This document shows, in pieces, positions 38,206 through 47,069 of a stretch of 63,331 nucleotides of DNA. The notes beneath the pieces were generated by a model that had not been told where the DNA came from, ran no database searches, and saw only the letters and a program-made list of their open reading frames with translations. Every line of letters begins with the position of its first letter. Positions within the stretch are counted from its first letter, which is position 1. Source of the DNA: an uncultured archaeon (lineage in GTDB: Archaea > Aenigmatarchaeota > Aenigmatarchaeia > CG10238-14); assembly GCA_964373575.1 (NCBI GenBank), contig CAYJVB010000002.1:1-63331 (forward strand), read 5' to 3'. The translations under genes and the position numbers were made by a program.

Positions 38206-38688
38206 CTATTTACTCCAATCATAATCGGAATCCCAATCTAAGATGTCAGGATCTTGTGGACTGTAAGCAACGTCAACACAGTTAAACATTAGCAGCAACT
38301 TGTCTCCAATATTTTTGAATGCCCTCTTTACAGATGACGGTATTCTGACAACCTTGTAATTACCTTCACCCATTAAAATTTCATTTACATAACCATGTGT
38401 TGGGGAATTAGGCCTGTCATCTATTATAACTAGTTTGGCTAAACTACTGGCACAGAAGAAGAGATACGTTTTCTTTTTTGTCCAATGAAAACCTTTAATC
38501 ATACCGGGATAGGCTGTTGTCACATAAAGTTGTGCGAATTTATCCCCGTCTTTTTTTATTGTATCAGTTGCTCTCAATATATCTATGAGCCACCCATTGT
38601 TCGTCTTGTTTTTATCAAAAGTTTGAATGATCTTTAATTCTTTTACTTCAACGCCATCAATAAGTTGATCAGTCCTATTTAGTTTCAT
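38206..38688 (-). CDS. cupin-fold protein, dTDP-4-dehydrorhamnose 3,5-epimerase (RmlC)/ketoisomerase-like
   Basis: 160 aa with a beta-rich pattern and KGFHW (compare RGLHxQ). Operon context with an SDR. The assignment is tentative. Confidence 0.45.
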   Translation of the reverse strand: MKLNRTDQLIDGVEVKELKIIQTFDKNKTNNGWLIDILRATDTIKKDGDKFAQLYVTTAYPGMIKGFHWTKKKTYLFFCASSLAKLVIIDDRPNSPTHGYVNEILMGEGNYKVVRIPSSVKRAFKNIGDKLLLMFNCVDVAYSPQDPDILDWDSDYDWSK

Positions 38689-38758
38689 TATAGTTCTATT
38701 GATGGTATGAATATTTAAATATTAATGTCTTATTAATTGTTAATAGTGGTGTATTAGT

Positions 38759-39589
38759 ATTAAGAAGATAATATCACTTTCTCTCAGCGATGACTTGATT
38801 AGAAAGATAGATGCTTATACAAAAACACAAGACATGATTTCAAGGTCTTTGGCAATAGAGAAATTGCTAAGAGATTCACTTGAGAAGGAAAGATATTGCG
38901 TTATCCTTGCTGGCGGGCCTTCGAAAAACTTGTGGGTTAAAGAATTGAGTACTTTTCGTCCGTTAGTTAAGATTAATGGAATTACTTTAATCGAACATAT
39001 ACTCTCTGAGGCTATAAAGTCTGGATACAGAAAAATACTTGTTGCTGGCTCTAAGGAATTGAATACCGCTATCTTTAATGTTGTTGGTAACGGCAAGCAT
39101 TTAGGATGTGATGTTATCTATGTTAATGAAAAAGAGCCTAAGAACACTGCAAATACTTTAAGCTTGGCTAAAGATTATGTCAAAGACACATTTTTGTTTA
39201 TTCCATGTGACCATTTTTTTGATTTTGATTTGAAAAAATTAGAAAAAATTCATGAACACAATAATTTTGCTGTTACACTAGCTATCTATGGTGGTGCGAA
39301 ATCCGACCATAAAACCGCAATGGTTGAATTGGATGGGAATGATATAACAAATTATTGGGAATTTCCTGAGTCAAGAGAAACAAATCTTATTTCAACGTTG
39401 ATTGGTTTTGCTGAACCCGAGATTTTTAATATGATACCTAATTCATCAGCTTCTCTTCAAGGTGATGTCTGCGTTAAATTGGTGTCTCAGAAAAAATTGG
39501 GCGGCGTATTATTAAGAGGGAATTTCGTGAATGTTCATACTAAGAAAGAAGTGGACCTTATCAAAACTTTACGAGGTAATAAACGATGA
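38759..39589 (+). CDS. ribbon-helix-helix domain fused to a degenerate sugar-nucleotidyltransferase-like domain (paralogue A), probably initiating at ATT
   Basis: The paralogue 46126-46953 starts MTKTRISLSINKELINEID. Here the matching KKIISLSLSDDLIRKID is encoded in frame upstream of the track start (TTG 38795). There is no ATG/GTG/TTG after the stops at 38741-38746. ATT 38759 lies 7 nt after GGTG (38748-38751). Confidence 0.6.
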   Translation: MKKIISLSLSDDLIRKIDAYTKTQDMISRSLAIEKLLRDSLEKERYCVILAGGPSKNLWVKELSTFRPLVKINGITLIEHILSEAIKSGYRKILVAGSKELNTAIFNVVGNGKHLGCDVIYVNEKEPKNTANTLSLAKDYVKDTFLFIPCDHFFDFDLKKLEKIHEHNNFAVTLAIYGGAKSDHKTAMVELDGNDITNYWEFPESRETNLISTLIGFAEPEIFNMIPNSSASLQGDVCVKLVSQKKLGGVLLRGNFVNVHTKKEVDLIKTLRGNKR

Positions 39590-40473
39590 AAATTTTTATT
39601 TTTGGAGCTAGTGGCCTTTTAGGAAGCAAACTGATGAGATTTGGTAGCAAAGAATTTGAAATGATAGGCGCCGATCTTCATGATTCTTTGAAGAGTAAAA
39701 GTTATAATACTTTTGCACTGGATGCAACGAAAAGAAATGATGTTATTAGGACTGTTAAGAAATATAAACCTGAAGTTGTTATTAATGCTATAAATATCCC
39801 GAGCGTTGATTTTTGTGAAGAAAATAAAGAGGCTGCAAGGAATATAATTGTCGATGTAACTAAAAATATTCTTAATGCTTGCAAAAATGATACTAAGTTT
39901 GTTTTCTTGTCAAGCGATTATATTTTTGATGGAAAAAATGGTCCATATCGTGAAGATGCAAATCCGAACCCTACAAGCCAGTATGGATTATTGAAACTAG
40001 AAGCTGAGAGATTTGTCCGAAATGCAGGTTCGAATAATTTAGTTGTTAGAACAACGATCCTATATGGATGGCATGACATAGGTAAACCTAATTTTGTATT
40101 ATGGACTATTGATCAACTAAAAAGTGGCAATAAAATTTCTATTGTTACAGACCAGTATGGTAATCCAACACTCGCCGATAATCTCGCCGAAATTATATTA
40201 AATCTGATTAAAAATGGTAAGAGCGGTGTGTATAATGTTGTTGGAAAGGATTATGTCAATAGATTTGATTTTGCTAAAAAAATCGCTAAAGTTTTTGGTC
40301 TGGATTCGAAATTGGTTATCCCGATAACTTCTGATGTGCTCAGACAAAAAACATTGAGGGGGCCAAAACTTGGATTAAAGATAGATAAGTTGATGAAAGA
40401 GTTGCAGATAAAAACTGTTGGCATTGATGAAGGTTTGAAAAGAATGAAGGAAGAGATGATGTCTAATGGATGA
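39586..40473 (+). CDS. dTDP-4-dehydrorhamnose reductase (RmlD)-like SDR
   Basis: MKIFIFGASGLLGSKL, SSDYIFDG, YGLLK. Confidence 0.8.
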   Translation: MKIFIFGASGLLGSKLMRFGSKEFEMIGADLHDSLKSKSYNTFALDATKRNDVIRTVKKYKPEVVINAINIPSVDFCEENKEAARNIIVDVTKNILNACKNDTKFVFLSSDYIFDGKNGPYREDANPNPTSQYGLLKLEAERFVRNAGSNNLVVRTTILYGWHDIGKPNFVLWTIDQLKSGNKISIVTDQYGNPTLADNLAEIILNLIKNGKSGVYNVVGKDYVNRFDFAKKIAKVFGLDSKLVIPITSDVLRQKTLRGPKLGLKIDKLMKELQIKTVGIDEGLKRMKEEMMSNG

Positions 40474-41794
40474 GAAAGAAATAAGACAAGCAATAGCTGA
40501 TAATGTGAGGAAATTCTATGAACTCAAGCAAAAAGATAGAAAATTCAAACCCGGATTTACAGAGTTATACTATGGCGAGGCTATTTATGATCATAGTGAA
40601 GTAAATGCGATGATCGATTCAGTGTTGAATGGTTGGCTTGGAATAGGGAAAAAAGGAATGGAATTTGAAAATAATCTTTCTGATTTTCTTGACATCAAAT
40701 CTTTTGTTTTGAGTAACTCAGGATCTTCAGCTAATCTACTTGCTGTTTCTGCATTGTGCTCACCCCAATTTAGAGATAGACTTAAACCGGGTGACGAGGT
40801 TATAACACAAGCTATGACATTTCCAACTACATTTAATCCAATTGTTCAAAATAGATTGAAGCCGGTTCTTATAGACTGTAATTTGGGGTCATATACTGTG
40901 GATACGGATGCTTTAGAAAGGGCTATGACCGAGAAAACTCGAGCTGTGGTTTTTCATCATCCTCTTGGAAATCCGAATGATATGAATGCTATAATGGAGG
41001 TTGCTGCTGAATATGATTTGTTTGTAGTTGAAGATTGCTGCGACGCTTTGGGTTCAGAATTCAATGGAAAGAAATTAGGAAGTTTTGGCAATTTATCAAC
41101 ATTTTCGTTTTATGCCCCACATCATATGACGCTTGGTGAAGGTGGTGCTGTTGGTTCTAATGACTTAGAATTATCTTCAGTTGTAAGATCATTAAGGGAT
41201 TGGGGTAGAGTGGCTTGGTGTCCCCAATGTAAGATTCCATTAGACACTACATATAACTGTCCTCATAGATTTGAGCCTGTAACTGATACTTTGCCTGCTG
41301 ATTATGATAGGAGATTCACTTTTGTTAATGTTGGATATAATCTAAAGCCATTAGAACTTCAGGCGGCTTGGGGTGTTGAACAGCTTAAGCGATTGCTTGA
41401 ATTCACGAAGAGAAGGAGAAAAAATTTCAAGATGTTATATGATGCGCTGTCAAGATATAATAATTATTTTATTCTACCCGAGTCTCATCCAAAAAGTGAT
41501 CCTTCATGGTTTGCGTTTCCATTAACAGTGAAAGAAAAATCACCGTTTAAAAGGAAGGAAATAATGCAATGGCTGGAGAAGCATAAGATACATACACGAA
41601 TGATGTTTGTTGGGAATATTGTTAATCATCCGGCGTATAATGGTGTGGAATATAAAGTTGCAGACGATTTAAAAAATTCAGATTTAGTCATGAGAAACTC
41701 GTTCTTCTTCGGATTGCATCAAGGATTAGACGATGAAAAAATATTGTACATAATTGAAAAACTTGATGAATTTATGAGAAGGTTTGGTGGGTGA
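40466..41794 (+). CDS. RfbH/DdhC (E1)-type NDP-4-keto-6-deoxyhexose 3-dehydrase (DegT/DnrJ/EryC1 fold)
   Basis: N-terminus and NSGSSANLLA resemble RfbH. FYAPHHMTLGEGG has an HH dipeptide where aminotransferases carry the Schiff-base Lys. Cys pattern: CC...(about 59 residues)...WCPQCKIPLDTTYNC. Confidence 0.75.
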   Translation: MDEKEIRQAIADNVRKFYELKQKDRKFKPGFTELYYGEAIYDHSEVNAMIDSVLNGWLGIGKKGMEFENNLSDFLDIKSFVLSNSGSSANLLAVSALCSPQFRDRLKPGDEVITQAMTFPTTFNPIVQNRLKPVLIDCNLGSYTVDTDALERAMTEKTRAVVFHHPLGNPNDMNAIMEVAAEYDLFVVEDCCDALGSEFNGKKLGSFGNLSTFSFYAPHHMTLGEGGAVGSNDLELSSVVRSLRDWGRVAWCPQCKIPLDTTYNCPHRFEPVTDTLPADYDRRFTFVNVGYNLKPLELQAAWGVEQLKRLLEFTKRRRKNFKMLYDALSRYNNYFILPESHPKSDPSWFAFPLTVKEKSPFKRKEIMQWLEKHKIHTRMMFVGNIVNHPAYNGVEYKVADDLKNSDLVMRNSFFFGLHQGLDDEKILYIIEKLDEFMRRFGG

Positions 41795-41795
41795 A

Positions 41796-42887
41796 ATGAA
41801 GGGTGTGATTTTATTAGGTGGACATGGAACCAGATTGAGGCCGTTGACATTTACTCATGCTAAGCAATTACTGCCTATAGCAAACAAGGCAATGGCTTTT
41901 TACGCGGTTGATGACTTGAAGAATGCAGGGATAACTGATATAGCTTTGATAGTTGGTCATACTGACGAAAGAATTAACAGTATAAAGCAAATAATGGGTG
42001 ATGGGTCTGAATTTGGAGTCAAATTTACTTATATTGAACAGGACTCTCCAAGAGGTATAGCTCATGGGATTAGTTTGGCTAAAGATTTTATTGGTAATGA
42101 ACCATTTGTTGTTTATCTTGGTGATAATATTCTCAAAGGCGGGATAAACAGATATGCGCAGAAGTTTTTAGAATCGAAAGCGGATGCTCATATATTACTT
42201 ACTCATTACAAAAATCCACAAATGTTTGGAACTGCCATATTCAATGCAGGAAAATTGGTTGGATTGATTGAAAAGCCAAGAGATCCACCTTCCAATTATG
42301 TGATGAGTGGAATTTACTTTTTCAGACCTAGGATATCTGAGGTTATTGATCAGTTGAAGCCATCTTGGAGAAATGAATTGGAGATTACGGAAGCTGTAGA
42401 TATGATGATTAGATCAGATGCATATGAGGTTGATCATTCTATTGTTGATGGGTGGTGGAAGGATACTGGAAAGCCAGAAGATATACTCGAGGCTAATCAA
42501 TTGGTGTTGGAAGAATTAGTATCTTATAATAAAGGAGCTATTAAGAATGAAAACTCTACAAGGATTGTTGGCAAAGTTGGGATAGGAGAAAACACGGTGA
42601 TTCATGAGAACTGTTCTATTATTGGTCCAGTGGTTATAGGAAATAACTGCGAGATAGGACCGAATGTTCACATTCATCCTTACACTTCGATAGGAAATAA
42701 CTGCGTTGTGAAGAATGTCGAGATTGAATATAGCTTGATACACGATGATGTTGTTATTGATGGGAAGAATAGAAGGATAGTTAACAGTCTAATAGGAAGG
42801 AATGTTAAGTTTGTGCCTAAGACGACAACAACAATGGAAGATGCTTATCAGTTGGTGATTGGTGATTCTTCGTCTATTTTGATTTAG
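41796..42887 (+). CDS. sugar-1-phosphate nucleotidyltransferase (glucose-1-phosphate thymidylyl/uridylyltransferase, long form with C-terminal LbH domain)
   Basis: MKGVILLGGHGTRLRPLT signature and C-terminal hexapeptide repeats (IGENTVIHENCSIIGPVVIGNNCEIG...). Confidence 0.85.
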   Translation: MKGVILLGGHGTRLRPLTFTHAKQLLPIANKAMAFYAVDDLKNAGITDIALIVGHTDERINSIKQIMGDGSEFGVKFTYIEQDSPRGIAHGISLAKDFIGNEPFVVYLGDNILKGGINRYAQKFLESKADAHILLTHYKNPQMFGTAIFNAGKLVGLIEKPRDPPSNYVMSGIYFFRPRISEVIDQLKPSWRNELEITEAVDMMIRSDAYEVDHSIVDGWWKDTGKPEDILEANQLVLEELVSYNKGAIKNENSTRIVGKVGIGENTVIHENCSIIGPVVIGNNCEIGPNVHIHPYTSIGNNCVVKNVEIEYSLIHDDVVIDGKNRRIVNSLIGRNVKFVPKTTTTMEDAYQLVIGDSSSILI

Positions 42888-42895
42888 TGTTTAAA

Positions 42896-43810
42896 ATGGC
42901 TATAAATAAGACTGAATTTATTTGGATGGATGGTAAATTCTTGCCTTGGGATGATGCTAAGACACACGTTCTAGATCATTCTTTGCATTATGGCAGTGCT
43001 GTGTTTGAGGGTATAAGAGGATATAAAATTGATGATAGAGTTGCAATTTTTAGAATAGATGATCATATAGATAGATTGTTTAAGTCAGCCAATGCTTTGA
43101 AAATTAAGATTTCTTATAACAAGGAACAACTAAAAGAAATTATAATAGAGCTTGTTAAAAAAAACAGAATGAAAAACGATTTTTACATAAGACCATTGAT
43201 TTGGTTAGGTTCAGGAGATTTGAAAGCGTTGCCAAGTGATAATCCAACGAGAGTTATGATTGCTGTTTTTGAAAGAGACAAATATTTTGGTGCTGATAAA
43301 GAATTGAAAGTGAAAATAAGCCCTTATATGAAGCCCCGTCCCGAATCTTTTCCATCAGGAGTAAAAGTTGCTGGAGCTTATGTTAATTCTATGTTGGCGC
43401 AGATGGATGCTAAAGGAGATGGGTATGATGATGCTATTATACTTGACCATAGAGGATTAGTCGTTGAAGGAACTGCGGGGAATATTTTTTTGGTTAAAAA
43501 TAATACACTGTTGACACCTTCTTTAGAAACAGGAATTATTCCAGGAATAACTCGCGATAGCATTATCGAAATGGCAAATGATTTACAATTAAATGTTGAA
43601 GAAACTGACATAAAAGTCGAACAGTTGTTTTCGGCTGATGAAGTTTTCTTAACTGGCACAGCTTTGGAGATAACATCGATAAATGAAATTGATGAAAAAC
43701 AAATTTCTAATACTAAAACTGGAAGAATTTCAGAAGAAATTAGAAGAGAATATACAGATATCGTCCGTGGAAGAAAAAACAAATACAGTAAATGGTTAAC
43801 CTTTATCTAA
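42896..43810 (+). CDS. fold-type IV (class IV) PLP aminotransferase, branched-chain amino-acid aminotransferase-like
   Basis: IWMDGKFLPWDDAKTHVLDHSLHYGSAVFEGIRGY, and the EGTAGNIF motif. An alternative GTG start lies at 42887. Confidence 0.8.
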   Translation: MAINKTEFIWMDGKFLPWDDAKTHVLDHSLHYGSAVFEGIRGYKIDDRVAIFRIDDHIDRLFKSANALKIKISYNKEQLKEIIIELVKKNRMKNDFYIRPLIWLGSGDLKALPSDNPTRVMIAVFERDKYFGADKELKVKISPYMKPRPESFPSGVKVAGAYVNSMLAQMDAKGDGYDDAIILDHRGLVVEGTAGNIFLVKNNTLLTPSLETGIIPGITRDSIIEMANDLQLNVEETDIKVEQLFSADEVFLTGTALEITSINEIDEKQISNTKTGRISEEIRREYTDIVRGRKNKYSKWLTFI

Positions 43811-43811
43811 A

Positions 43812-44117
43812 TTAATATTCATATTTGCCAAAATTGGGAGATCTTATTAAATCTTGAATAGTTCCACGATAAGAGACTGTAAGCATATCCTTTCGTTCAA
43901 TATATAATTTTCTTATTAGTCGTGTTTTTTGATCTCTGTCGTAAAAACCACGTATTAAAGCACCATTTTTATCTCGAATCCATGGTACCGACATGGAAGT
44001 ATCTTCAGGCTCTCTAGTAATATCAACAAAATTTAATTGCAATGGGCCTTTTCTACCTCGGATATGTAGATGATGAATTATTTGATCAAACTGTGGTAGA
44101 TATTGTAAGGGAAGCAA
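43812..44117 (-). CDS. hypothetical small protein
   Basis: 101-aa ORF with a TTG start, basic, with no recognised motif. May not be expressed. Confidence 0.3.
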   Translation of the reverse strand: MLPLQYLPQFDQIIHHLHIRGRKGPLQLNFVDITREPEDTSMSVPWIRDKNGALIRGFYDRDQKTRLIRKLYIERKDMLTVSYRGTIQDLIRSPNFGKYEY

Positions 44118-44246
44118 GAACGAGATATGTAACTCAATTTGATGTTAGAGAATATTCACTTAAGGCGAATCCCTGGTTATCAAGTTAAATTATTATATCG
44201 TTTAACTTTTCTGACAATATTTAACTTTTATTTGTATCTATTATTC

Positions 44247-45164
44247 ATGCAAAAATTTCCATTTTGCTCTATTATAGTACTGAATTATAATACAAGATAT
44301 TTACTTGAAAACTGTTTTAATGCACTAAAGAATCAAGATTATCCTAAAGACAGATATGAAGTTATTCTTGTAGATAATCATTCATCTGACGATTCTGTTG
44401 AATTCACTAAAAAGAAATTCCCTTGGATTAAGATTTTGTTATTGGACAAAAACTATGGATTTGCTGAGGGAAACAATAGAGGATTTGAAGTAGCCAAAGG
44501 AGATTATATTATATTCTTGAATACTGATACAATTGTCCACAATAACTGGCTTAGTGAATTGGTGAAAGTTGCTAGTAGCGATAAGAGAATAGGAATTTGT
44601 GACTCCAATATAGTGGATGAAAGATATGATAGAAAAAGCTTGGGCGAAGGACACATTAACATTTTCGGTCTTGCTAGTATTATGGCAAAAACTAAAGAAC
44701 CAAAAGAAATAGCCTGGGCTTCTGGAACATCATTATTAGTTAAAAGAGAAGTTCTCAAGAAATTAGGATATTGTTTTGATCCAAGTTTTTTTGCATATTA
44801 TGAAGATGTAGACTTATCTTGGAGAACTTGGCTTCAAGGCTATAAGATAATGTATGTTCCGACTTCTGTTGTTGAACATCTAGGCGGTAAAACTTCGGCA
44901 AAGGTTAAGGCTTCAAATCCTTTGTTGATGTATGAATATCGAAACAAACTATGGATGTATAATAAAAACCTTCGTTTGCCCCTTAAGGAAGTCGCTTTAT
45001 TTTTTGTTGCACTTTCAACATTTTTAGTCATGATTAAATATATTCTGTCAAGAAAATGGAAATTTGGTATTTATCCGCTTAGATATGTTTTCACACCTAT
45101 AAAAGAAAATCCAGCACTGAAGACCGTTTCTCTTAAACGGCAATTACAATATTTTTTTGTTTGA
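44247..45164 (+). CDS. GT2 glycosyltransferase
   Basis: CSIIVLNYNT, LVDNHSSDDS, FLNTDT (DxD-like). The start was moved to ATG 44247 from the longer track ORF. Confidence 0.8.
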   Translation: MQKFPFCSIIVLNYNTRYLLENCFNALKNQDYPKDRYEVILVDNHSSDDSVEFTKKKFPWIKILLLDKNYGFAEGNNRGFEVAKGDYIIFLNTDTIVHNNWLSELVKVASSDKRIGICDSNIVDERYDRKSLGEGHINIFGLASIMAKTKEPKEIAWASGTSLLVKREVLKKLGYCFDPSFFAYYEDVDLSWRTWLQGYKIMYVPTSVVEHLGGKTSAKVKASNPLLMYEYRNKLWMYNKNLRLPLKEVALFFVALSTFLVMIKYILSRKWKFGIYPLRYVFTPIKENPALKTVSLKRQLQYFFV

Positions 45165-45167
45165 TTA

Positions 45168-46109
45168 TCATTTCATAGGCATTTTAACTCTACTTATGAA
45201 TTTATCGATAATACCATAGAGAACAAACATCATAGAAACGACATCGAAAATGGGCGTTAGAAAAGATTCCCACCGTTTTGTTACTAAAAACATTTTTATC
45301 GATCTCTTTAATTCAATGAATAAGAAGGAGAATAACCCAAAACTACCAAGATAGTTGAATGGGAAGGGTGATAACACTAGCAACAAGTAGATCGGCACTA
45401 ACGCATTGAGCAAAACAAATCCCATTCTAATGAAAGCATCTTTTTTATAATCCTTAAGCGCAAATACCATAGATGTACCGTTCCATTTACATTGACTGAA
45501 CAATTCTTTTAGTCCTTCCACTTGTTTGTGGTATACTACAGCCCTTTCGACATGTCCAATTTTCAAACCTTTAGCTAGCATTCTTTTGTACAATTCCCAA
45601 TCAATATAATATCCATAATCCTGATCAAATCCCTTTAACTGGTCGAATACTTTTTTTCTGAAAACACGTGGGATGTAGACCTTTAATTGGGCCCATCCTA
45701 GCTCATGCCTCAATTGATGCATCCTCGCAAGCAAACTTCCTTTGTTGTAAAGGAATTCCTTGTCTTCTACTGCTGCAATATCTTTATGTCTTCCAAAATA
45801 TTTTGCTATTTCCATTGGATATTGTTTGCTAATTACCATATCTGCATCAAGGAAAGCTAATATATCACCAGTTGAATGTTTCCACCCTAGATTTCTTGCA
45901 TTTCCCACACCTTTGTGTGGACCTTTAATTACACTAAATCCGAATTTTTTTACTTGTTCCCCAGTTTTATCGGTTGATCCGTCATCTACAACTATGACTT
46001 CTAGTTTGTTCTTAAGATAATTGCATTCTTTTAGTGACTGCATCAAATTTGGTAAATCCTTTTCTTCGTTATACGCAGCTATTACAATTGATACTTTTGG
46101 TAATTTCAT
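45168..46109 (-). CDS. GT2 glycosyltransferase with C-terminal TM helices
   Basis: VSIVIAAYNEE, VVDDGSTDKT, FLDADM. Confidence 0.85.
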   Translation of the reverse strand: MKLPKVSIVIAAYNEEKDLPNLMQSLKECNYLKNKLEVIVVDDGSTDKTGEQVKKFGFSVIKGPHKGVGNARNLGWKHSTGDILAFLDADMVISKQYPMEIAKYFGRHKDIAAVEDKEFLYNKGSLLARMHQLRHELGWAQLKVYIPRVFRKKVFDQLKGFDQDYGYYIDWELYKRMLAKGLKIGHVERAVVYHKQVEGLKELFSQCKWNGTSMVFALKDYKKDAFIRMGFVLLNALVPIYLLLVLSPFPFNYLGSFGLFSFLFIELKRSIKMFLVTKRWESFLTPIFDVVSMMFVLYGIIDKFISRVKMPMK

Positions 46110-46125
46110 TAAAACTCACTTCATA

Positions 46126-46953
46126 CTAAACACTATCAATAATTTTTTCTATATCTTTTGTTGTATGAATATTTGCCCAGTTGCCTGAAACAGGGTAACC
46201 TACTAGTTTACCTTCTTTTGCTAATTTAGGAAATATATTGTGCTGCAAATTCCAATTAACGTTTCCGGGTGGGATCAAGTTGAATATGTCTTTTTTCATG
46301 AAACCTATCATAGCGGAAATAAGATTTGTTTTTTTATTTTTTGGAATTTCTTCATAATCGATTATTTTGTAGCCATCCATTTCTACAACACCTTTATTTG
46401 AATTAACATTAGTTCCATTATAAATTGCAAGTGTGGCCGTTCCATTGTGCTCCAGATGAAACTCGTGGATTTTTTTTAAATCAAAATCGAAGTAATGATC
46501 ACAAGGCATGAATAAAAAATCTGTTTTTATAAAATCCTTTACTAGTTCCAATGTCTTTCCGCTTCCCAGTGTGTCTTTCTCCTCGATATAAATTATGTTT
46601 ACACCATATTTATCTCCATTACCAAGTACTTCATATAATTTTGATATTATTGTTGTTGAGCCTGCTATTATTATGTTCACGAAATTTGATGATCGACATT
46701 TGATAATAGCATGTTCTATTAGTTTGTTGCTTCCTAATTGGATTAGAGGTCGGTATGTATTTAGTTCCTTAACAAATAACTTTTTTGGATCTCCACCAGC
46801 TAAAATAACTGCTGTTTTTCTGTTAACTACGTGTTCCTTTAAAATTTTTTCTATCGTATCTGAACGTGATCTTATATAGATCCCATCAACTCTTGAATCG
46901 ATTTCATTAATCAATTCCTTATTTATGCTTAAGGATATTCGAGTTTTTGTCAC
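46126..46953 (-). CDS. ribbon-helix-helix domain fused to a degenerate sugar-nucleotidyltransferase-like domain (paralogue B)
   Basis: N-terminal RISLSINKELINEIDSRV...SRSDTIEKILKEH (CopG/RHH pattern), then AVILAGGDPKKLF...YRPL, which lacks the GxGTRL signature. Clear paralogue of 38759-39589 (shared FLFxPCDHxFDFDLKK). Confidence 0.7.
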   Translation of the reverse strand: MTKTRISLSINKELINEIDSRVDGIYIRSRSDTIEKILKEHVVNRKTAVILAGGDPKKLFVKELNTYRPLIQLGSNKLIEHAIIKCRSSNFVNIIIAGSTTIISKLYEVLGNGDKYGVNIIYIEEKDTLGSGKTLELVKDFIKTDFLFMPCDHYFDFDLKKIHEFHLEHNGTATLAIYNGTNVNSNKGVVEMDGYKIIDYEEIPKNKKTNLISAMIGFMKKDIFNLIPPGNVNWNLQHNIFPKLAKEGKLVGYPVSGNWANIHTTKDIEKIIDSV

Positions 46954-46958
46954 AATAA

Positions 46959-46996
46959 GTAATATTGGAGTATTACTATTTATTACATTCGTAATA
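46959..46996. promoter_or_regulatory. array of four GTAATA/TATTAC hexamers immediately upstream of the RHH-fusion gene (candidate operator)
   Basis: GTAATA 46959-46964, TATTAC 46971-46976, TATTAC 46981-46986, GTAATA 46991-46996. The last three are exactly 10 bp apart. The array lies between a TATA-like stretch (~47003-47010) and the GTG start at 46953. Confidence 0.3.
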
Positions 46997-47069
46997 TTCT
47001 TTTTAAGAGTTTTCTAATTATTTGTCATGGTAAATTTGCTCATGATCAATTCTTTGTCTCCTTTTTTGG

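Noticed and set aside
43812-44117. The HHLHI segment of the 101-aa ORF as a remnant of a HIT/GalT gene.
   Set aside because: The similarity is limited to five residues, and the surrounding sequence does not match HIT-fold patterns. The ORF is kept as hypothetical only.
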